Of a DNA stretch of 32,000 nt, positions 16,457 to 24,782 are shown piece by piece (position 1 is the stretch's first letter; every line of letters starts with the position of its first letter). The notes under the pieces were generated by a model. The model ran no database searches, had not been told where the DNA came from, and worked only from the letters and a program-made list of their open reading frames with translations. A program made the position numbers and the translations under genes. The stretch comes from Saccharolobus solfataricus (lineage in GTDB: Archaea; Thermoproteota; Thermoprotei_A; Sulfolobales; Sulfolobaceae). The stretch lies in the NCBI RefSeq assembly GCF_900079115.1, contig NZ_LT549890.1, positions 1,770,001-1,802,000 on the forward strand, read 5' to 3'.

Positions 16457-17004
16457 TTACTAAGGGGTTTAGTATTCATAAGATTTCATGATATTAAGTC
16501 TGAGCCCTTGGGCTTCACAGAAGTGTTTACCCGTGGCGTAACTTCTGCTTACTTTTAGCCACTTCTAATTCCGCCACGGGCACCCCTCTTGAGGGCTCAT
16601 ACACACTCACCCTCAACTCATTGGGGCTAGTCGAGGGAAACACCACTACCCTCCCATCCGTATTTGTCGCCCCCAATACCTCGTGAGCATAGCCCGTCAT
16701 CAGTATGGAGTTCATCAATTTATAATGTAGAGGAAATAATATATAAACATAATCATAATAAAGATCATATTGTGAAATGATTAAAAGTATTTAAAAGTTA
16801 TGCAAATGCGTTACAGTCTAGGAGCTTTATCCCATTCATCCTTCTTCGCTCATTAGTAGATAATCTCTATCAGCGACTATCCTATAGGTGAACCGGCACT
16901 CATTAACATTTTCAGCACTAGCCTATCGAGGTAAATAGTCCATTTGCTGATGTCTTATCACGAGAACGTATAAGCTTTATAGTTTGTCTGAAACTGTTGG
17001 TCAC
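16457..17004 (-). mobile_element. Second, smaller IS607/IS605-type remnant: left end, possible TnpB C-terminal tail and right end
   Basis: 16969-17004 matches 1297-1332 at 28 of 36 positions by my count. 16464-16518 matches 675-736. The orientation and order of the two blocks are the same as in the first remnant. Confidence 0.55.
16527..16718 (-). pseudogene. Possible C-terminal tail of a TnpB (orfB) protein
   Basis: NSILMTGY resembles the N-A-S-x-N-I-L-x-x-G segment that follows the RuvC-III DRDxNA motif of TnpB. A DRDY-containing frame (CRFTYRIVADRDY) lies about 170 nt upstream at about 16870-16910. The ORF ends inside the shared right-end block. The evidence is weak. Confidence 0.3.
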
Positions 17005-17021
17005 AGTTTGTCGTTCTCTTA

Positions 17022-17546
17022 TCATAAGTAAGCTAAATATATCATTATGATACCGACAATTATTGCTAGACCGTTAATTGCGGGATTATCGTATTTGAAA
17101 TGAGCTAAGGCAAATCTCCTCCATTTCCCATACTTTTTAACGTAAATTCCCCTTTCAGTAAAAACGTCTAATAGCATGTGTGAAGGTCCCACAACTATAC
17201 CGTTTAACAGTGTAAGTAATATTACCCTATTGTTGATGGAAAAGAGATAGTACTCATGATAGTTCAGCCCATAATAGTAAATTAATAAAAGGATAAAAAT
17301 TGGTATTATGGATATAATTCCCCAGACCACACTTCTAGGAATTGTATGAGTCAATGGAGTCCTCATTGAGATGTAACCGTACCTAGTAATGATCTCCTTA
17401 TGGCCAATCCTATCAATCAAGGAGTTCCCTATTACTGAAACTATTCCACACAAGATTAGAGTGTAATAAAAATATTCGTGAAAGATGCCAGAGTCTAGAA
17501 GCGTTAATAAGCCAGTCGAGAAGACGTAATGGGTTCTAAGCCTCAC
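17022..17546 (-). CDS. DUF457/YdjM-like membrane-bound metal-dependent hydrolase (174 aa)
   Basis: Starts M.LRTH; also has DRIGHKE, RTPLTHTIP and GPSHMLLDVFTERGIY, the family His/Asp pattern. Four or five TM helices. It starts 5 nt after the stop of the SWIM gene. Confidence 0.6.
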   Translation of the reverse strand: MRLRTHYVFSTGLLTLLDSGIFHEYFYYTLILCGIVSVIGNSLIDRIGHKEIITRYGYISMRTPLTHTIPRSVVWGIISIIPIFILLLIYYYGLNYHEYYLFSINNRVILLTLLNGIVVGPSHMLLDVFTERGIYVKKYGKWRRFALAHFKYDNPAINGLAIIVGIIMIYLAYL

Positions 17547-17551
17547 AAGAT

Positions 17552-17773
17552 TTATACCCTTTTCTCGTTTATAAATTTCACCTTATTTCTAGCAATTGAT
17601 ATATGTTTACACTTTCCTCTAATTGCAAATCCCTTACAACTGCACGAATAGTTAATTACCCTTTCTTTTTCATCATACACTATTCTTATTAGATAAGACT
17701 CTAATGGGTTCCTCTCAGATTCCACGATAAAGTAGTAAGTATTTTTACTCACTCCAATTAAGTATGGGTACAT
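17552..17773 (-). CDS. SWIM-type zinc-finger mini-protein (73 aa)
   Basis: CSCKGFAIRGKCKH is the C-x-C-x(9)-C-x-H SWIM signature, preceded by a beta-rich segment. Confidence 0.7.
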   Translation of the reverse strand: MYPYLIGVSKNTYYFIVESERNPLESYLIRIVYDEKERVINYSCSCKGFAIRGKCKHISIARNKVKFINEKRV

Positions 17774-17926
17774 TCTAATGCTTCTTTCTTAATAAAGAAT
17801 TAGATTCAGTTCACTGAAAGTATTATCCATTGAAGATGGGAAAGTATTCCTAAGATTTTATATGTTTTAACTCTTTTAACTCATGTTAGATAAGTTTATA
17901 AATTAGAAGCAATATATATAGATAGG

Positions 17927-18121
17927 GTGAAATGTATGATAGGTCTCAAAATTAGTCACAAAAAAGATGATAAAAGGAATGATCATTCCGTTATTAACAC
18001 TCCCATTACTTACGACATGGCAAGGCTCCCAGAGGAGTACTTAAGAAACGAGTTCCCAGAAGAATGGCGCTCATTGCAAAAAGAAAAGAAATCATATTAT
18101 AGTTGGATCTGGTATTCCTAA
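17927..18121 (+). CDS. Hypothetical small basic protein (64 aa); coding status uncertain
   Basis: GTG start about 25-30 nt downstream of TTTATAAA (about 17895), which would fit a leaderless mRNA. No family recognised. Confidence 0.25.
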   Translation: MKCMIGLKISHKKDDKRNDHSVINTPITYDMARLPEEYLRNEFPEEWRSLQKEKKSYYSWIWYS

Positions 18122-18291
18122 CCTTAACTGAAACCTTTTTAATTCCTAATCTCCTTCTAACTCATTCTTTTTGAACGCTTGTTATTTAGAATCTATATTT
18201 CTGAAAATTAGTTATATTCTTCTCTTAATAGATTAATCCTTTTCAGTCTTATGATATTACCTTAAGTTATACTTAAGTTATAACCGTAAAG

Positions 18292-18300
18292 TATATTTAA
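18292..18300 (+). promoter_or_regulatory. TATA box of the sso7 gene
   Basis: TATATTTAA lies 31-39 nt upstream of the ATG at 18331, consistent with a very short 5' UTR. Confidence 0.4.
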
Positions 18301-18324
18301 GAGAGTAACATAAGGATAACTTGA

Positions 18325-18525
<201 letters not shown>

Positions 18526-18562
18526 ACTAATATAATTTTTAAGGAGTAATAAAAGCTAAAAT

Positions 18563-18577
18563 TCCTTTTTGTTTTTA
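18563..18577 (+). terminator. Oligo-T tracts downstream of sso7
   Basis: CCTTTTTGTTTTTAC lies about 40 nt after the stop codon. Confidence 0.4.
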
Positions 18578-19093
18578 CGTTCACTTTTTGATAAGTTATG
18601 AAGTCATTTGTATAGGATTTATGTTTAACAGCGTTAGTTTCTAAAAGCCACTCGTGATGACAATCTTCATGCTTATGAACCTTAACCTAATAAACTATTT
18701 CGACTTCTTGATAAAGATATTAATAGTGGTACTTTAGGTAGACATACCTTGAATTCCTTTTGCCTTAAATAATTACGCAAATTCTATTCAAGAAGATTTC
18801 AATAATCATAAATACTAAAAATGCGTAGACTAAATATTGGATATCTTGGATAGAACTAACTTAAACATCGTACACATCATTTTCACAAAACTGCTTTTAT
18901 AGCACTAAATATATATCGTATCTCCCTAAAAGGAGTCTAGGAAACTATAAGGTATTTACGGTACACCCCTAAAAGCGATAAATGAAATTAAGTTTCTTAA
19001 CAATCTCGTTCTTATGCTTTCTGATTTATTGAGCATTTTTCAACTGAATTTCTATATTATTATATCTTTATTTCAATTAGTCTCAAGGTGTTC

Positions 19094-19152
19094 AATTTAG
19101 GTTTTTGATACCTCTTAACTCTTTATGAAAAAACTCAACAACCTCCCAAAGC
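19094..19152 (+). repeat. Copy 2 of the ~55-nt intergenic repeat
   Basis: AATTTAGGTTTTTGATACCTCTTAACTCTTTATGAAAAAACTCAACAACCTCCCAAAGC. See copy 1 at 15738-15792. Confidence 0.5.
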
Positions 19153-19200
19153 ATTGTTCTTAATAAACTTTATATACAGAGTTAGTGAAACATATTACTT

Positions 19201-19256
19201 TGAATGATTAGAGTGGCCAGGACTGAAAAATGTGATGACATGTTTTTAATATGACT
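19201..19256 (+). ncRNA. Candidate C/D-box sRNA (2'-O-methylation guide)
   Basis: AUGAUUA (19204-10), 12 nt, CUGA (19223-26), 5 nt, GUGAUGA (19232-38), 12 nt, AUGA (19251-54). TTTATATA at 19169-19176 lies about 27 nt upstream of the predicted 5' end. Confidence 0.45.
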
Positions 19257-20913
19257 TAAAGCTCCTACCTAACCAGTAACCTCTTTGTATAGCTTTACCA
19301 ATACTTGGCTGATCATCGACAATATCGTGTATCTCCACATCAAATTTGATACTGTTGCTTTCCTCTATAAACTTCACACCTACCTCACTTAACTCCTTTC
19401 TTAACAAGTACTCCCTAGTTCTATCCAGCCCCTTAAAGGACCTCTCAGTCATGTAAACTTCGTTATATTTGGCCAATTCGAAGGCATAGTCGTGATAAAC
19501 GTAAAGGTTAGAATCTATTAGTACTTTCTCCCCCTTAACATCTGGCATTTTAGGTATTTCATAGTCCGGTATAGCCATTATACAGTCAGAACACTCCATC
19601 TTAACGTTAAGCTTAATCTCTACATTAAGTCTCCTTAACTCTCTCTCGTAGTAATCAATTAACGCTTGAAACTCATTAACCTTCCAAGGATCTCTGTAAA
19701 GTAGAAACTGCCCTCCCAACTTATTGTTTTGTTCATATAAGGTTACTGCAAAGCCCCTTAAGGCCAAAACCCTAGCAGCTTCTAAACCCATTACTCCCCC
19801 ACCCACCACAGTAACTTCTCCTCTACCCTTCTCTAGCGGGGGCAGTAGCTCCCAACCTAACTCTGGATTAACATCACATCTTACTTCCTTATAGACAACT
19901 CCTCTACACGACTGATTACACCTAATACATGGCCTTATTGGCAAATCCCTTTTAGCTTTCTCAAGCCAATAGGGATCAGCTAATAATTGTCTCCCTAACA
20001 CAACGACATCGGCAATTTCTCTGGCCTTAATCGCATCTTGTGGAGTTATTATAGACCCAACGAGAAATATTGGAATCTTGACCGTATCCCTCACTACCTT
20101 CGCCTCCTCAAGGAATGATGTTCTCTTATAATAATATGGCATGCTAGAACCTAAAGGACCATCTCTTCCAGCTGATAAGTGAATGTAATCTATTCCAGCC
20201 TTTTCTAACCTTTTACCTATTTCAGCCACAATTTCTGGAGTTAAGCCCCCATTGTCGAATTCGGTTACACTGATCCTTATACCTACAGTGATTCTAACTT
20301 TTTCCCTTATACCCTTGAGGATTTCCTCAACGAACTTTACACCGTCTTTGTATTCATCACCCCTTTTGTTAGTTGCAGGGGAAAGGAATTGTGCGATTAA
20401 GTATCCGTGAGCTCCGTGAAGTTCTATTCCGTCAAATCCAGCCCTCTTAGCCCTTATTGCTGCGTTTATGAAATCGTTTTTAACCCTCTCTATATCCTCT
20501 TTAGTCATTTCCCTTACTTCGTCCATTATTGGAATTGGTGAAGGAGCTATGGGTTTGTTACCCCAAATTATATCCTTCCTAGTCTTCCTGCCAACGTGAA
20601 CTAACTGCACGAAAATCTTACTTCCCAAAGCGTGAATTAACTCAGTCAACCTCGTAAACTTTGGTGTTAGCTCATCTGAATACATCCCCAATTCGTTAAC
20701 AGACCCCCTAGCATCTACGTGGTTAACGTAAGTGTACTCCGTTATTATTAACCCAACTCCTCCCTTAGCTCTCTCAGCTAAGTAAGCTATATGAGCATCG
20801 CTCGGGTAACCCTCAGGTGTACCTAGATTGCTAATCATTGGTGACATGGCTATTCTGTTCTTTAAGACCACATCACCAACTCTTATTGGAACCAGTAGCT
20901 TCGATAGATCCAT
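19246..20913 (-). CDS. Old-Yellow-Enzyme-family NADH:flavin oxidoreductase / 2,4-dienoyl-CoA-reductase-like Fe-S flavoprotein
   Basis: N-terminal OYE TIM-barrel signature (NRIAMSPM..., [21 protein letters not shown]). CIRCNQSCx(11)C is the C-x2-C-x3-C-x11-C 4Fe-4S motif. It is followed by the [19 protein letters not shown]...LGGQ dinucleotide-binding fold. Confidence 0.8.
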   Translation of the reverse strand: MDLSKLLVPIRVGDVVLKNRIAMSPMISNLGTPEGYPSDAHIAYLAERAKGGVGLIITEYTYVNHVDARGSVNELGMYSDELTPKFTRLTELIHALGSKIFVQLVHVGRKTRKDIIWGNKPIAPSPIPIMDEVREMTKEDIERVKNDFINAAIRAKRAGFDGIELHGAHGYLIAQFLSPATNKRGDEYKDGVKFVEEILKGIREKVRITVGIRISVTEFDNGGLTPEIVAEIGKRLEKAGIDYIHLSAGRDGPLGSSMPYYYKRTSFLEEAKVVRDTVKIPIFLVGSIITPQDAIKAREIADVVVLGRQLLADPYWLEKAKRDLPIRPCIRCNQSCRGVVYKEVRCDVNPELGWELLPPLEKGRGEVTVVGGGVMGLEAARVLALRGFAVTLYEQNNKLGGQFLLYRDPWKVNEFQALIDYYERELRRLNVEIKLNVKMECSDCIMAIPDYEIPKMPDVKGEKVLIDSNLYVYHDYAFELAKYNEVYMTERSFKGLDRTREYLLRKELSEVGVKFIEESNSIKFDVEIHDIVDDQPSIGKAIQRGYWLGRSFKSY

Positions 20914-21030
20914 GAAACTTATTAGAATGTGATAGTTAAAAAGTTAACTATAAGGTTCCGTATTTTCCTAGAATTACTAAATTTCAAATTAATATAATAT
21001 ATAAAGAGAGCTCTATTTAGCTAATAAGTG

Positions 21031-21831
21031 TTATGAAGATTTCTCGTATAAGAAATTTCCAATACTATCATAAGTTGTGTCGACCTTTGATAATTTAAAT
21101 CCCTTACTTCGTAATAAATCGTCTATATTTCTCTCGAATTCCTTCCTAACTTCTATCAAAATTTTATCAGTTACATCTAAAGTATTCATGGCTCCTTTTA
21201 ATACTTCCAACTCTGCACCCTCAACGTCAACCTTTAATAGATTTACCCTCTTTAAGTTGAGAGAGTCCAAAGCAATTGCATTAACGACAATCTTATTGCC
21301 CTTGTTATTATAGGCTGAAGTCATATCATTATTAGCAAATAGTTCGATTTTACCAGATCTACTCCATACCGCATTATTGAAAAGTTTAACCTTGCTTTCT
21401 ATCTCGTTTTCCTTAACGTTAAGCTCTAGGATTTTAAAGGAAACAGGATTGGGTTCAAAAGCAATAACATTTGCACCCCTTATTCCAGCCCTTATGGTAT
21501 ATGAACCTATATAAGCTCCGACGTCAACGAATATCATATCCTTCTCGAAGCTAATCCACTTCCTAACCTCTGGTTCATTGTGAAGCAGTATAATCCAAAT
21601 ATCGTGGACAAGGTTTTCCTTCCTTACGTACCAATACATGCCATCATATTTTACCTTTAACAGTTTAGTATATCCTTCATTTATTTTAGGAAATCTGTTA
21701 AAATATCTCAAGTTAATGTAAGTTTTTAAGTAGATATAATATAAAAATAATCCGGATGAAAAGCCTAAAGGTTTAACCTTAAGGTATTCTTTAAGTGATG
21801 GAGGTTTAGGTTTTAACTCCTCTATCCTCAA
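21031..21831 (-). CDS. FkbM-family SAM-dependent methyltransferase
   Basis: FVDVGAYIGSYT ... VIAFEPNP ... LLKVDVEGAELEVLKGA is the FkbM-domain pattern. Confidence 0.65.
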   Translation of the reverse strand: MRIEELKPKPPSLKEYLKVKPLGFSSGLFLYYIYLKTYINLRYFNRFPKINEGYTKLLKVKYDGMYWYVRKENLVHDIWIILLHNEPEVRKWISFEKDMIFVDVGAYIGSYTIRAGIRGANVIAFEPNPVSFKILELNVKENEIESKVKLFNNAVWSRSGKIELFANNDMTSAYNNKGNKIVVNAIALDSLNLKRVNLLKVDVEGAELEVLKGAMNTLDVTDKILIEVRKEFERNIDDLLRSKGFKLSKVDTTYDSIGNFLYEKSS

Positions 21832-22087
21832 ATCAGATCAACCTCTTCCATTAACTCCCTTAATCCTTAAACATTAATTTTTTTTTTTCACCGACAAAGT
21901 CTTATTAACATCCCACGAGTCTAACTTCAATGGTAATTAAGGTGGAGAAAGTCTCCTTCCGTAAGGGTGAATAGCCCCTTAACCTATATAGATTAAAATC
22001 TCACGGTTACTATTCATCATAAGCGGAACTTGTAAAAGATGATAGAGACGACAATCGTTGATACTTTAGCTCCATTTATTTCTGAGA

Positions 22088-22639
22088 TTATCCGCTTCCC
22101 AAAATCTCATACAGTTGGTTAAGATTCTCTACAAACTCGTTATTCTCAATCAAATTCTTTACTACTTGTACTTTTACTTCAAGGAAGGACATAATTTTAT
22201 CTTGATTCTCTACCGCATCATCTAATAGTTCCTTTTCACTCTGCTTAGATTCGGACGAGATACTATATCTTGTTATCGTATTTAAAGGTTCTAAGTAGGA
22301 TGTTATAAGAATCAAGTCTAAGAATTCCTTTATGAATATATCTACCATTATAAATGAGAAATTTACAACGTAAGGGTTTTCTACTAACTTTTTAAGTTGC
22401 TCATTATTAAGCCCTAGTTTCTCACATACTTCTAATTCTCCTCTAACGCATCTGCCAATTAACGTTTCGATATTTAATTCGAAAAAATTGATCTTTTCGC
22501 ACTCTTTAATAATATTCCAAAGTTTTTCCCATCTTTTATTCTTAGCGCTACTCGTGATAAAGTCTTCTACTCCTTTAAAACATTTAGCTATATCGACCAT
22601 TTTGAGGTATTTCCTATAGTTATGTTGAATAATTTCCAA
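22088..22639 (-). CDS. Hypothetical all-helical acidic protein (183 aa), no recognised family
   Basis: Long ORF with a TTG start. An alternative ATG (MVDIAK...) lies at 22598-22600. Codon usage resembles the neighbouring genes. No motifs recognised. Confidence 0.45.
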   Translation of the reverse strand: MEIIQHNYRKYLKMVDIAKCFKGVEDFITSSAKNKRWEKLWNIIKECEKINFFELNIETLIGRCVRGELEVCEKLGLNNEQLKKLVENPYVVNFSFIMVDIFIKEFLDLILITSYLEPLNTITRYSISSESKQSEKELLDDAVENQDKIMSFLEVKVQVVKNLIENNEFVENLNQLYEILGSG

Positions 22640-22854
22640 CAGCTTAGATAGGTTAGAGGCTTTTGTTCATAAATTCAAGGTAGTTGGAATCATCTATAAT
22701 GAAATTTAGTTGAAAAGTATCTCGATAAAAATAACGAGACTTTTAGATTTTGTATTTCGTTTAACTAGAAACTTTTTGACTATATTGGAAAATTCTATTC
22801 ATTTTCATAGATTAATGTTTAAGTTTTAATGAGTAAAAAACGATTAGTAAGATA

Positions 22855-23421
22855 TGAAGGAAGAAACTAAAGTTCCAATCGCGGTAGTGACAGGCTGGGA
22901 TAAAAACGTTAGAACACGGTACCTTACTTAAGGACGAGACGCTAAAGTTAATGAGGGAGATAACGTAACCTTAACCCCAACATTGACAATTCAAGAGTTA
23001 ATATTCAAAAATGGTAAACAGATTGGAGTTGATGAGTAGAGACTTCAAAAGATCATTTCCGTAAGGGAGAGTATTGCAAATGTTGTTAGAAAGGCTAAGG
23101 AGTATGGGGTTGTGATAATAAGCGGTACTGATCTGGGCTTTGAGACCTGATTTGGAAGAGATTGATATGGGGAAGAATAGGATGGAGACTGTGTTCCTTG
23201 TTGAAAGAGGAGGACTGTCTCCAGTTGAGGCTTTAAGAGTTTCAACTTATGACGCTCGAAATAGCTATTGGAATCAACGTTGTTGGTATAGAGATTGGAA
23301 GAGATGCTGACATCATAATTATTAATAGCGATCCTACGCAAAATGTGAGGAAATATCTAAGGTAACTCGTGTAATTCAAAGCGGAAGATTGGTAGTGAAG
23401 AATAAGTTAATTAAAGATTAA
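22855..23421 (+). pseudogene. Decayed 3' half of a metal-dependent amidohydrolase gene
   Basis: Family-typical pieces are spread over three frames: ESIANVVRKAKEYGVVIISGTDLG, then LEEIDMGKNRMETVFLVERGGLSPVEALRVSTYDA, then EIAIGINVVGIEIGRDADIIIINSDPTQNV, then EISKVTRVIQSGRLVVKNKLIKD*. There are at least three frameshifts or stops. The N-terminal half is missing. Confidence 0.65.
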
Positions 23422-23474
23422 GTTTATCTTCTCTTTTTATAAAGTCTTTTAAGTTTTGAATGTATAGTTAACCT

Positions 23475-24782
23475 ATGGTGAGTTATGAAGAAGTTAGAAG
23501 GAGTTTTTCATGGAATGAGGTAATTAAATTTTTAGATAAGAACCCACTAGACGTGTTGACTTCTCACGATGGCATAGCAATTAAAAGGTTCACTAAGGAC
23601 GTTGTAGAGGACATAAGCTTCTCAGATCTTAAAAGAAAGGCGTTAAGACTTGCCTTATATTTAAGAGAGTTCCATGACGTTAAGAAGGGAGACGTGATAG
23701 CTGTATTGGCTTCAAAGAAAATAGAACAAGTTATAGTACTTTTGGCAACGTTCTCTCTGGGAGCAATTTATCAGCCATTATTCACTGCATTTGGACCGGA
23801 AGCGATTAAGATGAGGACTAGGGATGCAAAGCCAAAAGTTATCTTTTACCAAGATGATCAAAAGGATAAGGTAAGTGACGCGATACCTTTCTCCAAGTTC
23901 GATGAATTATTAAGTTATGGTGAATTGAAGAATATTGAAAAGATAAATTGGGATGACCCAATAGTTTTACTATACACTTCTGGTACTACTGGAGCGCCTA
24001 AAGGAGCGCTAATCGCTAAGAGATTATTACTCAACACTTATGTTTACATGAAATATGGTATAGGTATTAGGGATAGTGACGTATTTTGGAACCCTGCAGA
24101 TCCTGGATGGGCTTATGGATTGTATTATGGTATAATAGGACCACTGATGTTCGGAAAGACCGTTATTTTCCTTGACGAGCCGTTTAACCCGGAGAGGACA
24201 ATGGAGTTTATGGAGGAGAAAAAGGTTACTAATTTTGCCTTCGCACCCACGGCATATAGGATGATAGCTGGAACGATTAAGAGGAAATATGATTTAGTAT
24301 TAGAAAGAGCTAGTTCTGCTGGTGAACCACTTAACCCAGAAGTTATAAGATGGTTTATGGACAATTACAATGTTACTATCAAAGATCATTACGGACAAAC
24401 CGAAGTTGGAATGGTTGTTTACAACGGCTGGGGATATGAAACAAAAATAAAAATAGGGAGTATGGGACTACCAGCTCCCGGTTATGAGATAGATGTAATA
24501 GAGGATACTATAGCTGTCAAAAGGGATTCACCGGGTTTTCACTTCTTAGGATATTTAAATAATCCTGAGAAGACCAAGGAGTCATTTAGAGGCGATTGGT
24601 ACTTAACCGGTGACAACGCGTATAAGGATGAGGAAGGATATTTCTGGTTTGTTGGAAGGAAGGATGATGTGGTTAAGGTATCCGGTTATAGGGTTGGACC
24701 ATTTGAAGTTGAGAGCGTACTTCTAGAATTTCCCGCAGTACTAGAGTCGGCTGTTGTTGCCGACGAAGATCCAATACGGGGA
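23475..24782 (+). pseudogene. AMP-forming acyl-CoA synthetase, 5' portion (436 codons), interrupted by ISC1439
   Basis: YTSGTTGAPKGA (AMP-binding P-loop), DHYGQTE and YLTGDNAYKDEEGYFWFVGRKDD. The ORF continues only 22 codons into IS sequence before a stop. Confidence 0.85.

Noticed and set aside
18651-18720. GUGAUGA at about 18651-18657 as a C box
   Set aside because: No CUGA follows at +12 and no D box lies within 70 nt.
20932-20951. Inverted repeat ATAGTTAA-AAAG-TTAACTAT upstream of the OYE/FadH-like gene as a dedicated operator
   Set aside because: It coincides with where the AT-rich TATA/BRE must lie (about 18-38 bp from the start codon), and such AT palindromes arise easily. It is kept only as a side note to the 13865 palindrome.
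21878-21888. T11 run as a transcription terminator
   Set aside because: It is on the + strand, where no upstream + strand gene exists. For the flanking minus-strand genes it reads as A11. It is more likely promoter-region AT-rich DNA of the FkbM gene.
22005-22087. C/D-like boxes around 22010-22085 on both strands (AUGAUGA on the minus strand; GAUGAUA...CUGA on the plus strand)
   Set aside because: Spacer lengths do not fit the 12-nt rule, internal D'/C' boxes are missing, and the boxes deviate at the essential GA positions.
23045-23341. ORF 23045..23341 on the - strand (98 aa)
   Set aside because: The opposite strand carries recognisable amidohydrolase motifs in shifted frames, so this is an antisense shadow of a pseudogene.
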